A stretch of 44,150 nucleotides of DNA from Pseudomonadota bacterium (GCA_041178425.1 JBEGVH010000037.1:1-44150), one strand, 5' to 3'; counted from the stretch's first letter, positions 28,096-37,542 are shown. Numbers and translations are program-made. The notes: a model not told the origin generated them from the letters alone.

Positions 28096-29790
28096 CTATA
28101 GTTGATTCTTCACTTCAATGAACGGCATGTAAGAAGCAGAGAGTGCCTGACCTCTTGCTATCCACTCCTGCGCAGCCTTCTTATTTCCTCTCCGGATCTC
28201 AAGACGAGCAATTCCAGCATAAGCAGGAAGACTTCTTGGATTAACTGTTAATAGTTGTTCTAAGGAATCCATGACACACGCATCATCTTTTTCAGATTCG
28301 CATGTTTTCGATTTCATGAGCCATCCACTTTGAATTTCCTTCAGACCCATGGCGATCCCCAAATAGGCTTTGGCCTCAGAATCTTGAGCCAAGGACTTCA
28401 GGATGTAGGCCTTAATTGCAGCCACGTGAGGATCTTTAGGAGCTTCGTTCTCCGCCGCTTTTATGAGATCTTTAGCTTCCAAATCTCTTTCAGCTTTTGA
28501 TAAGCAATAGGCCAGCATTGCTCGATATAAAACCTCTTTTGGAGCGTTATCAGTGGCCATTTGGCAGTAAGGCAACAGGTTTTTCCAGTCGACGATTGAA
28601 CGATCAACGAGAATGTCATAACGATGGCCCTGACCCGATTCTAAATCGCTATTTAATAGCTGATCGATGGCCTGCCTTTGTAAATCACGTTTATTTTCGA
28701 CACCATAAATATAGGCCTTCAATACGTAAATTTCTTGTTGGTACTCAAAGTTATTTTTTAAGTACTCATCTAAACCACTCAATAAAACCTGGAAAGGAGT
28801 TGCTTGACCGAGATTTTTACGAATCACCTCAATCGAAGCGAGAGTAGATCCCATCAAAACAAACCCATCATTTCCCTGCGTTGCGATAGCACTGAATTCT
28901 TCTTGTGCATCCGCATAAGCACCTCTCTTAAAGTTAATAACGGCTTTATCTATTAACGCTTGATTGAATGAGGCGTTAACGGCTAACGCTTTATTGATTG
29001 ATTCTTTTGCGTATTTCAAATCGTTTTCAGCACCATCCACTAGATAGGAAAGTGCAACAGCAGTGTGCGCTGCCGCAATTGCATCCGCCGTCTCCAATTG
29101 CTTTTGATTGAGTAGCTTTTCGATCGTCTTTCTTCCCACCGAGTTTTGGTTTCTTTGGAGCGAGATTTGGTAAATCGAATACTCTAAATCAAAAAGTGGA
29201 TTCTCTTTTTCTGACGATTTAAATTTACTTAACATAGCGAAGGCTCGCTCATGGAATCCTTGGTTCTTCAAAACCATCGCTTGATTATAACCCTCGACAG
29301 CTGGGTCTCGACCCTTCTTCTTGGTTTGAACGTAAATAAAACCAAAAATTAAAGCAATTAACAGAAAAACGACGCCCAAAAGAGGACCTGTAGAATCAGC
29401 TTTTTTCAATCCCTGTTTGCCATCTCTGACAGCTTTTGCAAGATCCTCCGACGTTCCACGAAACTGATTTTCCAAAGACGATAAATCATTGCCTGTTAAG
29501 CTTTTTGAGGTGGTCATAGTATGAAGTGTGGCGGTATTTTCTACCGATTCGGCTCTGTTGCGAATTTCTTTAACAGCCGCCTGAAGAGCGTGTTCATCTC
29601 TCACCAAAACCCAACGACCAAAAGGAGCTGCGATCTCATCCATGACGGTAAAGTGCTTTAACTCAAGCCCCATGATCACTTCAGAGAGTTTGAACGGACC
29701 CATTACTCGATTAGCACTTTTAATGAGCCATTGATCATTGGGATTATTAGTTGCTTTTCCCATAGACCACCCAACAATTTGATCAGCCAC
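28096..29790 (-). CDS. Membrane-anchored TPR protein with an N-terminal GYF_2-like domain
   Basis: WLIKSANRVMGPF...E...W (GYF-like), one TM helix (LLGVVFLLIALIFGFIYV), then TPR-like helical repeats. GTG start with AGGAGG. Confidence 0.75.
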   Translation of the reverse strand: MADQIVGWSMGKATNNPNDQWLIKSANRVMGPFKLSEVIMGLELKHFTVMDEIAAPFGRWVLVRDEHALQAAVKEIRNRAESVENTATLHTMTTSKSLTGNDLSSLENQFRGTSEDLAKAVRDGKQGLKKADSTGPLLGVVFLLIALIFGFIYVQTKKKGRDPAVEGYNQAMVLKNQGFHERAFAMLSKFKSSEKENPLFDLEYSIYQISLQRNQNSVGRKTIEKLLNQKQLETADAIAAAHTAVALSYLVDGAENDLKYAKESINKALAVNASFNQALIDKAVINFKRGAYADAQEEFSAIATQGNDGFVLMGSTLASIEVIRKNLGQATPFQVLLSGLDEYLKNNFEYQQEIYVLKAYIYGVENKRDLQRQAIDQLLNSDLESGQGHRYDILVDRSIVDWKNLLPYCQMATDNAPKEVLYRAMLAYCLSKAERDLEAKDLIKAAENEAPKDPHVAAIKAYILKSLAQDSEAKAYLGIAMGLKEIQSGWLMKSKTCESEKDDACVMDSLEQLLTVNPRSLPAYAGIARLEIRRGNKKAAQEWIARGQALSASYMPFIEVKNQL

Positions 29791-29843
29791 AGTTGTTCCT
29801 CCTTGAACGAAGTGAGCTTAAGAGTCTTTGTTATGTTTAGACA

Positions 29844-31358
29844 CTAGTGTTTAAAATGTCTGCGCCCGGTAATAACAAAGTTCACCTTTAAATCTTTAGC
29901 CGCCTTAAAAACAGCTTCATCATTAACGGAACCACCAGGTTGAATCACCCAGCGAACTCCCGCTTTTGCTAATACTTCTATTGAATCTGGAAACGGAAAA
30001 AAGGCATCACTGGCCATGACTACTTCGGTCACGTTCGGATGATGTTTTTTCCAACGCGCAATTGCATGTTCGACGGCTTCTACTCTATTTACCTGTCCCA
30101 TTCCCAAGCCTAGCGTTTTTCCTTCTCCGGCAATTGCAATGGCATTACTTTTAAGGCTGGCAACAACCTTCCACGCCATTTCCATATTCTTTCTAATTTC
30201 TGGCGTTGGAATTTCGCCCATCACCATCCATTGTTCTTGCCATTCATCAACCTTATCTTTTTCTTGAACAAGGTAACCACCTGCAATTGTCTTTATGTCC
30301 ATCTGCTCAGCAATCGCACTCATTTGTTTCCACTCAAGAATTCGCAAATTCTTTTTACGCGAAAAATAATCTCTCGCTTCTTCCGTGTATGAAGGGGCCA
30401 CAATACATTCTAAAAAGATTGCACCGAGCTTTTCAGCACACTTCAAATCAACGGTTGAGTTGATGGCAATAATTCCTCCAAATACGCTCACAGGATCTGC
30501 ACCAAGAGCTTTTTCAACTGCTTCTTGAACTGTCGCTCCAACGCCGACCCCACATGGATTATTATGCTTTACCGCGACCGCTGCTGGCTCTGAAAAATCA
30601 CAGACCAGATTTGAAGCTGAATCTAAGTCTAGGAGATTATTATAAGAGAGCACTTTTCCTTGGAGAATTTGGGCCTGATGCCAACCATTGAGTTCACCCT
30701 TTTTACGATACCAACTAGCCTTTTGGTGTGGATTCTCCCCGTAGCGAAGCTCCTGAACTAACCTACCACCGATGGCATGATCGTAATCAGAATTGGCTCC
30801 AAGCGCCTCTGCGATTAAAGCATCGTAGCTTGCTGTGTGCGAAAACACTTTTGAGGCAAGCCGCTTGCGCTCATCAAAGGATAGATCACCCTTCGTTTTT
30901 CCAACCCACTCATAATCTTTCGGATCACAAAGTATAGTTATAGTTTTAAAGTTCTTGGCTGCAGAACGAAGAAAGGAGGGGCCGCCGATATCAATGTACT
31001 CGATTAACTCATCACCCTCATACCCCTTGTTGAGAGCTTCTTCGAAAGGATAAAGGTTACCCACAACCAAATCAAATGGCTCGATCCCATATTCTCTTAG
31101 GACAGCCTGATCTTCAGTTTTGTTAAGCCTAGCAAGGAGAGCCATGTGAACTTTGGGATGAAGTGTTTTTACGCGACCGTCGAGGATTTCGGGAAAGCCG
31201 GTTTGCTCAGAAATATCTATAACAGAAATACCCGCTGCTTGAAGATGTTTAGACGTTCCCCCCGTGGAAACAATCTTCAGACCTTGTTCGACAAGAGGTC
31301 TCAAAAATTCAACCAACCCCGTTTTATCAGATACACTCACTAATGCACGACGAAACAT
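29844..31358 (-). CDS. purH: Bifunctional AICAR transformylase / IMP cyclohydrolase
   Basis: ALVSVSDKTG, STGGT, GRVKTLHP, IDIGGP, LRYGENPHQ, KHNNPCG, SDAFFPF and RHFKH. Confidence 0.98.
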   Translation of the reverse strand: MFRRALVSVSDKTGLVEFLRPLVEQGLKIVSTGGTSKHLQAAGISVIDISEQTGFPEILDGRVKTLHPKVHMALLARLNKTEDQAVLREYGIEPFDLVVGNLYPFEEALNKGYEGDELIEYIDIGGPSFLRSAAKNFKTITILCDPKDYEWVGKTKGDLSFDERKRLASKVFSHTASYDALIAEALGANSDYDHAIGGRLVQELRYGENPHQKASWYRKKGELNGWHQAQILQGKVLSYNNLLDLDSASNLVCDFSEPAAVAVKHNNPCGVGVGATVQEAVEKALGADPVSVFGGIIAINSTVDLKCAEKLGAIFLECIVAPSYTEEARDYFSRKKNLRILEWKQMSAIAEQMDIKTIAGGYLVQEKDKVDEWQEQWMVMGEIPTPEIRKNMEMAWKVVASLKSNAIAIAGEGKTLGLGMGQVNRVEAVEHAIARWKKHHPNVTEVVMASDAFFPFPDSIEVLAKAGVRWVIQPGGSVNDEAVFKAAKDLKVNFVITGRRHFKH

Positions 31359-31457
31359 GTTGCCCCCCTCTGAGAAAAAGAAATTTCAATGGTAAAATGA
31401 GACCACAGTCATAGGAGACATTTGACCGATGGTCACGAATAAAAATGACGATTCAGA

Positions 31458-32606
31458 CTAAGGAGCGGCCTTGAGGTCTATCACCGTGAGGATAGGTAGA
31501 TGATCTGAAGCTCTCGTCTCCCTTTCTCCGTAGTTTTTGGGCGGTGGATAAAGGTTTCCTTGGGGATCAATGTGGGACAAAACCTTGGCCGACTTAATTT
31601 TGAGTTTTTGAACCGCCGCCTGATTCAGCATAATGGCATCAAGTTGATTGACAGAAGAAGGCCCTGATCTTGGAAAATAAAAATGGGTTCCTCGCGACTG
31701 AAGGGGGGTTGTATCTTTAGCCACGTCAAAGGAATCAACCAGCCCTATATTCCGCAGCGGGCCAAACTCTGGAGAGCGGCGAACGTCATTGTTAAAATCT
31801 CCTGTCAAAATAACCGGCACACCAGGATAGAGCTTTTCATAGTCAGCAATTAATTGACTCGCAGCTCGAACTTGCATGGATCGTTTTTTGAAACCTAAGG
31901 GGTCACCATCCGTGCTTCTTTGCGACTTAAAGTGAGTACCGAAAACCAACATTAAAGGTTTATCAACGCCCTTTTCCCTCAGAATAAAAACCGGAAGATC
32001 TCTCGAAAAAACCAGTGCTCCCGTCGAATCGTCGGTAAGATTTTTATGGCTATGAACTTCAATATCGAGGGGAAGGTCTTTTCTCAAAAGTAACCCCACG
32101 TCCACTCCCCGAGGATCATTGCCTTCAATAGAGAACTCTTCGTACTGATTACCCAGAAACTCTTGATCATAATCGCGAAGAACTTTCACCGAGCCCACTT
32201 CAACAAAAAATGCGAGAAGTGGCTTATGAAAGGCCACCAACCTTGCGATACCCTCAAGTTGCGACAGCGGCTTTGCGAAAGATTTGTGAGCTTCCGCAAT
32301 GAACTGAGCTCCATCCTGCATCTTACCGGCATCAGTGATATCGATCATGTTGAGCACATTAAATTCCATGAAAGAAAAGTTTTCTTTAGTCTCTTCGGGC
32401 CAAGTTGATCCGCCTAAGGATTTTTTAATAATTTCAATGGAAGACGAGGAGCCATTGAGGGCCTGAACGCAAGATTTTTTATAAGAAAAGCCAGTGAGCC
32501 CATAGGAAGGACTTTGTAGCCCAACCAGAACAGCCAATGAGACCGTTAAACCATAAATGCGACCTGAAAAACGACGGACATTCAGCTTAGGCATAGGACT
32601 CCCCAA
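31458..32606 (-). CDS. Secreted endonuclease/exonuclease/phosphatase (EEP) family protein
   Basis: Signal peptide, then FNVLN, VEV, GNDPRGVDV, FSRD, HFKS, GDFN, LD and SDH catalytic motifs. The start may be the second Met (32594). Confidence 0.87.
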   Translation of the reverse strand: MGSPMPKLNVRRFSGRIYGLTVSLAVLVGLQSPSYGLTGFSYKKSCVQALNGSSSSIEIIKKSLGGSTWPEETKENFSFMEFNVLNMIDITDAGKMQDGAQFIAEAHKSFAKPLSQLEGIARLVAFHKPLLAFFVEVGSVKVLRDYDQEFLGNQYEEFSIEGNDPRGVDVGLLLRKDLPLDIEVHSHKNLTDDSTGALVFSRDLPVFILREKGVDKPLMLVFGTHFKSQRSTDGDPLGFKKRSMQVRAASQLIADYEKLYPGVPVILTGDFNNDVRRSPEFGPLRNIGLVDSFDVAKDTTPLQSRGTHFYFPRSGPSSVNQLDAIMLNQAAVQKLKIKSAKVLSHIDPQGNLYPPPKNYGERETRASDHLPILTVIDLKAAP

Positions 32607-32658
32607 AAAAAGGTTTCCTTTTTCAGTGCATTCCCGATGCCATACTCAATTTATTTAT

Positions 32659-33921
32659 TTACGAGGAACGAATGTGTCCCTTACCATCGATGATCCAACG
32701 AATTGAAGTTAAGGATTCAAGCCCAACGGGCCCACGAATGTGCAATTTTTGTGTACTAATGCCAATTTCTGCCCCCAGCCCCATCTGCCCACCATCGGTA
32801 AATCGAGTCGAAGCATTCCAATAAACGGCAGCCGCATCGACCCCAATTTGGAATTGACGAGCCACTTCTTGCTCAGAGGTGATAATGGACTCAGAATGGC
32901 GAGACCCATGCTGTTCAATATGCGACATCGCCTCCGCTAGGCCTTTTACCACTTTTACACTGAGCTTAAGAGCCAAATACTCCGTATCAAAGGCGTTGGG
33001 TGGCGCAGGGTGCACGTTCTCTGATTTTCCCATTAAGACCAAAGCCCGAGGACAAACAAGAAATTCGACTCCTTTTTTTCCGAGGCGTTCTTTTAACAAC
33101 GGAAGTAAGCGGGGCGCAATGGCATCATGAATGAGAAGAGTCTCAACAGCGTTACATACGCTTGGACGTTGCGTTTTGGCGTTATCCAAAATCATAAGAG
33201 CCATTTCAGTGTCGGCGTCGGCATGAACGTAGATATGACAAAGTCCACGATCGTTTTTTATCAATGGAATCGTAGAGTGTTCGGTCACGTATTCAATGAG
33301 TCGGTCTCCGCCTCGAGGGATAAGTACATCGATCCACTTATTCTGCTTCATCAAAAAATCAGTGGTCTCTCTGGAGGCGTCAAGGAGGCCCCAAAAAACA
33401 AAGGGATCTACTCCGTTCTCTTTTAGACTAGCTTCAATTAGATGATAAAGAGCTCTGCTAGTATGGGTCGACTCTTTGCCTCCCTTTAAGATCAATGAGT
33501 TTCCAGCTTTAAACGCTAAAGAAAAGGCTTCGGTGATAACATTTGGCCTCGCTTCAAAGATCAAAAAAATGACCCCTAAGGGGCTGCGGGTACGTCTTAC
33601 ATCAAGACCGTTGGGAAGTTTTTTGTTTTCGATAATTTCACCCACGGGATCCTTGAGTTCTGAAACCACCTTGAGACTTTCAATCATCGAATCAATTCTT
33701 TTATCATTTAACGTTAGTCGATCGAGGAGCGCAGACTGAAACTTAGCGCTGTGACGGAAGGACTCAATATCCATAGTGTTGGCATCGAGGACAACTCGCC
33801 TATTCGCCTCAAGAGCCTTACCCAAACTCACTAGAACACTATTTTTAACTTCGCTCGAAAGCTGTCTTAAAAAAATCTTACCGTCATTGAGTTGTTTTAA
33901 CTGTTGAAGAACTTCGACCAA
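32659..33921 (-). CDS. proA: Gamma-glutamyl phosphate reductase
   Basis: LLDRL, PLGVI..IFEARPNV, LKGGKE, IPRGG, CNAVETLL, NASTRFTDG and EIGISTQKLH.RGP. Confidence 0.97.
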   Translation of the reverse strand: MVEVLQQLKQLNDGKIFLRQLSSEVKNSVLVSLGKALEANRRVVLDANTMDIESFRHSAKFQSALLDRLTLNDKRIDSMIESLKVVSELKDPVGEIIENKKLPNGLDVRRTRSPLGVIFLIFEARPNVITEAFSLAFKAGNSLILKGGKESTHTSRALYHLIEASLKENGVDPFVFWGLLDASRETTDFLMKQNKWIDVLIPRGGDRLIEYVTEHSTIPLIKNDRGLCHIYVHADADTEMALMILDNAKTQRPSVCNAVETLLIHDAIAPRLLPLLKERLGKKGVEFLVCPRALVLMGKSENVHPAPPNAFDTEYLALKLSVKVVKGLAEAMSHIEQHGSRHSESIITSEQEVARQFQIGVDAAAVYWNASTRFTDGGQMGLGAEIGISTQKLHIRGPVGLESLTSIRWIIDGKGHIRSS

Positions 33922-33923
33922 AA

Positions 33924-34715
33924 TTACCTCACCCCTACAGCGGTACCAATGGGCTCACCTTGCCAAAGACGTGTAATCACTCGCTCCTGAAGTCCTTGAA
34001 CAATAGTGGTAGGAATTTTCTGGCTCCAAGCTCGCTTGGCCGCCAAAAGTTTAGACGACATGCCTCCTCGCCCCTGATTAGACGCCCCAAGCGAGGCCGT
34101 TTTTTTAATAATTTTCTGATCTACTTGATCTAAAAATGGTATCAGGCGTGCGCCCTCTTTTGATGGATCACGATCATAGAGGCCTCCAACATTTGTTAAA
34201 ATAATCAAACGATCGGCCTTGAGCTCACAGGCAACCATCGCTGATAATTGATCATTATCCCCAAACTGAATCTCATCGGTTGCAACAGCATCATTTTCAT
34301 TGAGAAGAGGCACAATCCCCCAATCGAGAAGCTGCTCAATCGTATTCCGTAAATTGATTCGACTTTCTTTGCGTCGAAAATCAGAATAGGTCAGCAAAAC
34401 CTGCGCCCCCATCATTCCCTGCGATTGAAGCGCTAGGTTATAGAGGTCCATTAACATTGGTTGCCCAATGGCACTCAAAGCCTGCTTTTCAGGAAGGGTG
34501 CTCCACTGGTATTTAAGCCTTTGCCGAGCAGAAGCAATCGCTCCTGAAGTTACCCATACCACCCGCAATTGCTCTTGTTTGATCAGATCGGAAATCTCAC
34601 GTATCAACGACCTAATCAGTAAGGGGCCACCATCAGTGATTAACTGACTGCCAATTTTAATAACCCATGTTTTTTTTCGTTTTTTTAAAGGAGTCAGCCT
34701 TTTTTTTTGTTTCAT
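33924..34715 (-). CDS. proB: Glutamate 5-kinase (no PUA domain)
   Basis: VIKIGS, VTSGAI, KQALSAIGQ, NENDAV, FGDNDQLS and GGMSSKL. ATG 34715 overlaps the upstream stop (ATGA), so I prefer it to the track start at 34757. Confidence 0.93.
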   Translation of the reverse strand: MKQKKRLTPLKKRKKTWVIKIGSQLITDGGPLLIRSLIREISDLIKQEQLRVVWVTSGAIASARQRLKYQWSTLPEKQALSAIGQPMLMDLYNLALQSQGMMGAQVLLTYSDFRRKESRINLRNTIEQLLDWGIVPLLNENDAVATDEIQFGDNDQLSAMVACELKADRLIILTNVGGLYDRDPSKEGARLIPFLDQVDQKIIKKTASLGASNQGRGGMSSKLLAAKRAWSQKIPTTIVQGLQERVITRLWQGEPIGTAVGVR

Positions 34716-35731
34716 TTTGGAGATATCTCCCATTTTTTTTGAACTCTGGACAGACACTCCAAATAAACTTTATTCACTTTTTCAGAGCTTAAATGCTGCT
34801 TTATGAAAGAATTCGACAAAACAATCAGCGATCGCTGTTCGTTTTCAGACAATACATTTTTCCCCCACCAGGGCCATGAATAAGGTCCATTCCATCGGCT
34901 TAGGTTCGTTGTTTCACAACGAAATTCAAACCCCGAAGTCCTCAATGGAGGAGCTTCGAGATTCTTCAGCAATTCATGCAAATAAAAATCGCCATTCACT
35001 CCGTCAAGAACGAGAAGACTCCGATCGAAGAGGCGAGGCCTGGCATCAAAGGGATAGACCCTTACACCACTATGGAGATTCCTGATGTTCTGTTCGAAGC
35101 TTATAATGGCGTCTTTGGCCTCTCGATGATGGACGGTTGACTCAAGAATTGGTTTTTCCCATTCAAAATCTGACCAATTCATCAAGTTTGCAGAGTGGTT
35201 GTTCAATCGAATTCGACTTCCAAGCACAGCGACGGCCTTGCTCGCGTCAATCACACGAATTTGAATCCCAAAAGGCTGAGGGTTTTTGGCTCTTGACCAA
35301 GCCCACCCATTTTGAATTTCAACATGCGGGATTCGCTTTTCATTGAGCTTTAACAACTCTTCGTCGTTCGTTAGGATTTCTCCCGTTAAAGAATGGTCCC
35401 TCACGAAAACGGCGGCAAAAAGATCTTTGGGTAAGCCATTTAACCATTCATCAATGTTTTCTTGCTGTGGAGACTCTAAAACAACCTGAGGTACTCCCGA
35501 AAGAACAAGCCCTTGCACACTCTCCTTAAGGACGGCACTCCCATAGGCACTGAGTGCAATACTCTTTCTGGTGGGCCATAATTCTTTTAATCCATAGAGG
35601 ATATCTATGAGCGCATGACCCACTCCTTGATAGGGGAAACACCGAATCGATTCATCCCCTATTCCCAATAAATAGCGACAACGCGATTGGGTTTCGTTCC
35701 AAGAGTTAAAAGATTGTAAATTAAAAGCCAT
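34712..35731 (-). CDS. Hypothetical protein, probable degenerate class-V aminotransferase / cysteine desulfurase fold
   Basis: 339-aa ORF coupled to proB. Several segments resemble IscS/NifS in order (see findings), but the PLP-Lys and catalytic Cys motifs are not recognisable. Confidence 0.6.
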   Translation of the reverse strand: MAFNLQSFNSWNETQSRCRYLLGIGDESIRCFPYQGVGHALIDILYGLKELWPTRKSIALSAYGSAVLKESVQGLVLSGVPQVVLESPQQENIDEWLNGLPKDLFAAVFVRDHSLTGEILTNDEELLKLNEKRIPHVEIQNGWAWSRAKNPQPFGIQIRVIDASKAVAVLGSRIRLNNHSANLMNWSDFEWEKPILESTVHHREAKDAIISFEQNIRNLHSGVRVYPFDARPRLFDRSLLVLDGVNGDFYLHELLKNLEAPPLRTSGFEFRCETTNLSRWNGPYSWPWWGKNVLSENEQRSLIVLSNSFIKQHLSSEKVNKVYLECLSRVQKKWEISPK

Positions 35732-35878
35732 GGTGATTTGATCATAGCAATTCTACAATTTTTGTTGAGCAACTTCTTGCACTCTGTCCTTTTTGAAGCC
35801 CCCTGCGTCAGAACTCTTGTTTGATTGCCCCCTCCATCTTCTGATTCTACCATTGTGAGGAGCCCCCAAGGAGGTCAT

Positions 35879-36484
35879 ATGAAACTATTTAGCGCTATTT
35901 CTCTACTTGTTTTATTTTTTGCCCAACCATCGATGGCCCTTTTTGAAGTTCGAGCCGGATACGGAGTTCTTGCTTCTAAGCCAGATCTCACTGGCTACTA
36001 TTCAGGCGCATCGTCAAATGTTCCCTCCGCAGCACCCAATGCTGGCCTTACACTCGATGCGGTCTTTACTATTCCTCTCGTTGGACTCGGTGCTGGTTTA
36101 CGGATGGAAAATATGAACATTAAATACGATTCGGACGCGTTGTCGGTTCAAAATCAACTAACAAGAAACGCTCTGATCGTGAACTACCGATTAATCAACA
36201 CCCTCATCTACCTCGGGCCTATCTTTACTTACGGAATCAATCACACTAATAAAATCAAAATGAGCTCTGGCGGAACAGATATTAGTGATATTTCATCAAA
36301 TAAAGTAAGCTCATACACTCTAGGCCTCGAAGCGGGAGCCAGTCTTCTTGGCCTCATGGTCGGTGCTGAGGCTGGAACGATGATGATGAACTACAAAAAT
36401 GCTCACGACGGGATAACCGGAATTACCCGAGACCTCGATATGTCTGGAAACTACTTGAAGGTTTTTGTTGGCTTTGGCATTTAA
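35879..36484 (+). CDS. Outer-membrane beta-barrel protein (small, OmpA-membrane-domain size)
   Basis: GGAGG RBS, signal peptide MKLFSAISLLVLFFAQPSMA, alternating beta strands and C-terminal YLKVFVGFGI. Confidence 0.78.
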   Translation: MKLFSAISLLVLFFAQPSMALFEVRAGYGVLASKPDLTGYYSGASSNVPSAAPNAGLTLDAVFTIPLVGLGAGLRMENMNIKYDSDALSVQNQLTRNALIVNYRLINTLIYLGPIFTYGINHTNKIKMSSGGTDISDISSNKVSSYTLGLEAGASLLGLMVGAEAGTMMMNYKNAHDGITGITRDLDMSGNYLKVFVGFGI

Positions 36485-36495
36485 GATCCCATCGG

Positions 36496-36527
36496 ATCGA
36501 CGTTCGCTTTTCGACGCGAACGTCGAT
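36496..36527. other. 12-bp perfect inverted repeat between the OMP gene and gpx
   Basis: ATCGACGTTCGC-ttttcgac-GCGAACGTCGAT, followed immediately by GGAGG. No U-tract. Confidence 0.7.
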
Positions 36528-36540
36528 GGAGGCACTACAA

Positions 36541-37032
36541 ATGCAATCAATTTATTCTTTCGAAGCAAAAACAATTTCTGGAAAACTACAATCCTTTGAT
36601 ATTTACAAAGGCAAGGTTCTTCTCATCGTCAATACAGCAAGCCTCTGCGGCCTCACACCTCAGTATGAAGGTCTCCAAAAACTCCATGAAAAATTTAATA
36701 GTCGTGGCCTTGAGATATTGGCATTTCCCTGCGACCAATTTGGGCACCAGGAGCCCGGCGACTCCTCAGCTATAAAAGATTTTTGTGAGACTAAATATTC
36801 TATTCAGTTCACCGTCTTCGAAAAGATTGAGGTTAACGGTGCTCAGGCTCACCCACTATTTCAGTATTTAAAGAAGAGTAGTCCGGGCTTTTTAGGAACT
36901 GAAGCCATAAAATGGAATTTTACGAAATTTCTAATTAATAAAAGCGGTGAAATTGTTGAGCGATTTGCCCCCACTACAACACCAGAATCTATCGCAACGC
37001 AAATCGAATCTCTTTTAGAGGCCTCGACTTAA
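36541..37032 (+). CDS. Glutathione peroxidase family protein (Cys type)
   Basis: VNTASLCGLT, AFPCDQFGHQE and KWNFTKFL. The GGAGG at 36528-36532 supports ATG 36541. Confidence 0.95.
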   Translation: MQSIYSFEAKTISGKLQSFDIYKGKVLLIVNTASLCGLTPQYEGLQKLHEKFNSRGLEILAFPCDQFGHQEPGDSSAIKDFCETKYSIQFTVFEKIEVNGAQAHPLFQYLKKSSPGFLGTEAIKWNFTKFLINKSGEIVERFAPTTTPESIATQIESLLEAST

Positions 37033-37108
37033 GGATAGCCAGAGAGGTTCGCCCTTACTCCCTCATAAAAATGATCCCTTTATGCCGTTTTTTATGTAGG
37101 ATAAAAGA

Positions 37109-37501
37109 ATGAAAACATTGATCTGCTTACTGTTTTTAGTGCTTTTATTAAATTCGAATCTAAGCCTGGCGTCGGAGTTAAATTCTAAAGAGAAAGTCGT
37201 CGACAAGCATCTAAAAAGTAATATCGCTTTTGATAAAAAGGTAAAGATGCTTGTGGCCTTTCAATCTTGGATCGATTCCCAGATAAAAACCAAGGGTGGC
37301 AAGTTAGAAGAAAAAGATGTCGAACCCTATATGGTTTATTCGAATTTACTGAAGACCCTGAACGCAAAAAAACTAAACTCCAAAAATTGCGTTGCCATGG
37401 CCAATAGCGTTCTCGACGAAGACCTCTCGCCGATCAGTGAAGAACCCTCCCCCCAAGCAAAAAAAATAATAGAGTGGATGAAATCTCTCTGCAAAAAATG
37501 A
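37109..37501 (+). CDS. Hypothetical secreted helical protein (130 aa)
   Basis: Signal peptide ending SLA, Lys-rich helices and two Cys in the mature part. Confidence 0.7.
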   Translation: MKTLICLLFLVLLLNSNLSLASELNSKEKVVDKHLKSNIAFDKKVKMLVAFQSWIDSQIKTKGGKLEEKDVEPYMVYSNLLKTLNAKKLNSKNCVAMANSVLDEDLSPISEEPSPQAKKIIEWMKSLCKK

Positions 37502-37542
37502 GGAAATCGGGAAATTCCTTATGTTTTTGCGCCCCACACTTC

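Noticed and set aside
31359..31457. ZMP/ZTP riboswitch ahead of purH (small TGACC-GAT-GGTCA hairpin at 31423-31435)
   Set aside because: The conserved GACUGGCG and CGCCUGGG pseudoknot elements are absent on the coding strand.
36541..37032. Selenocysteine-type glutathione peroxidase
   Set aside because: The active-site codon is TGC (Cys) and there is no in-frame TGA.
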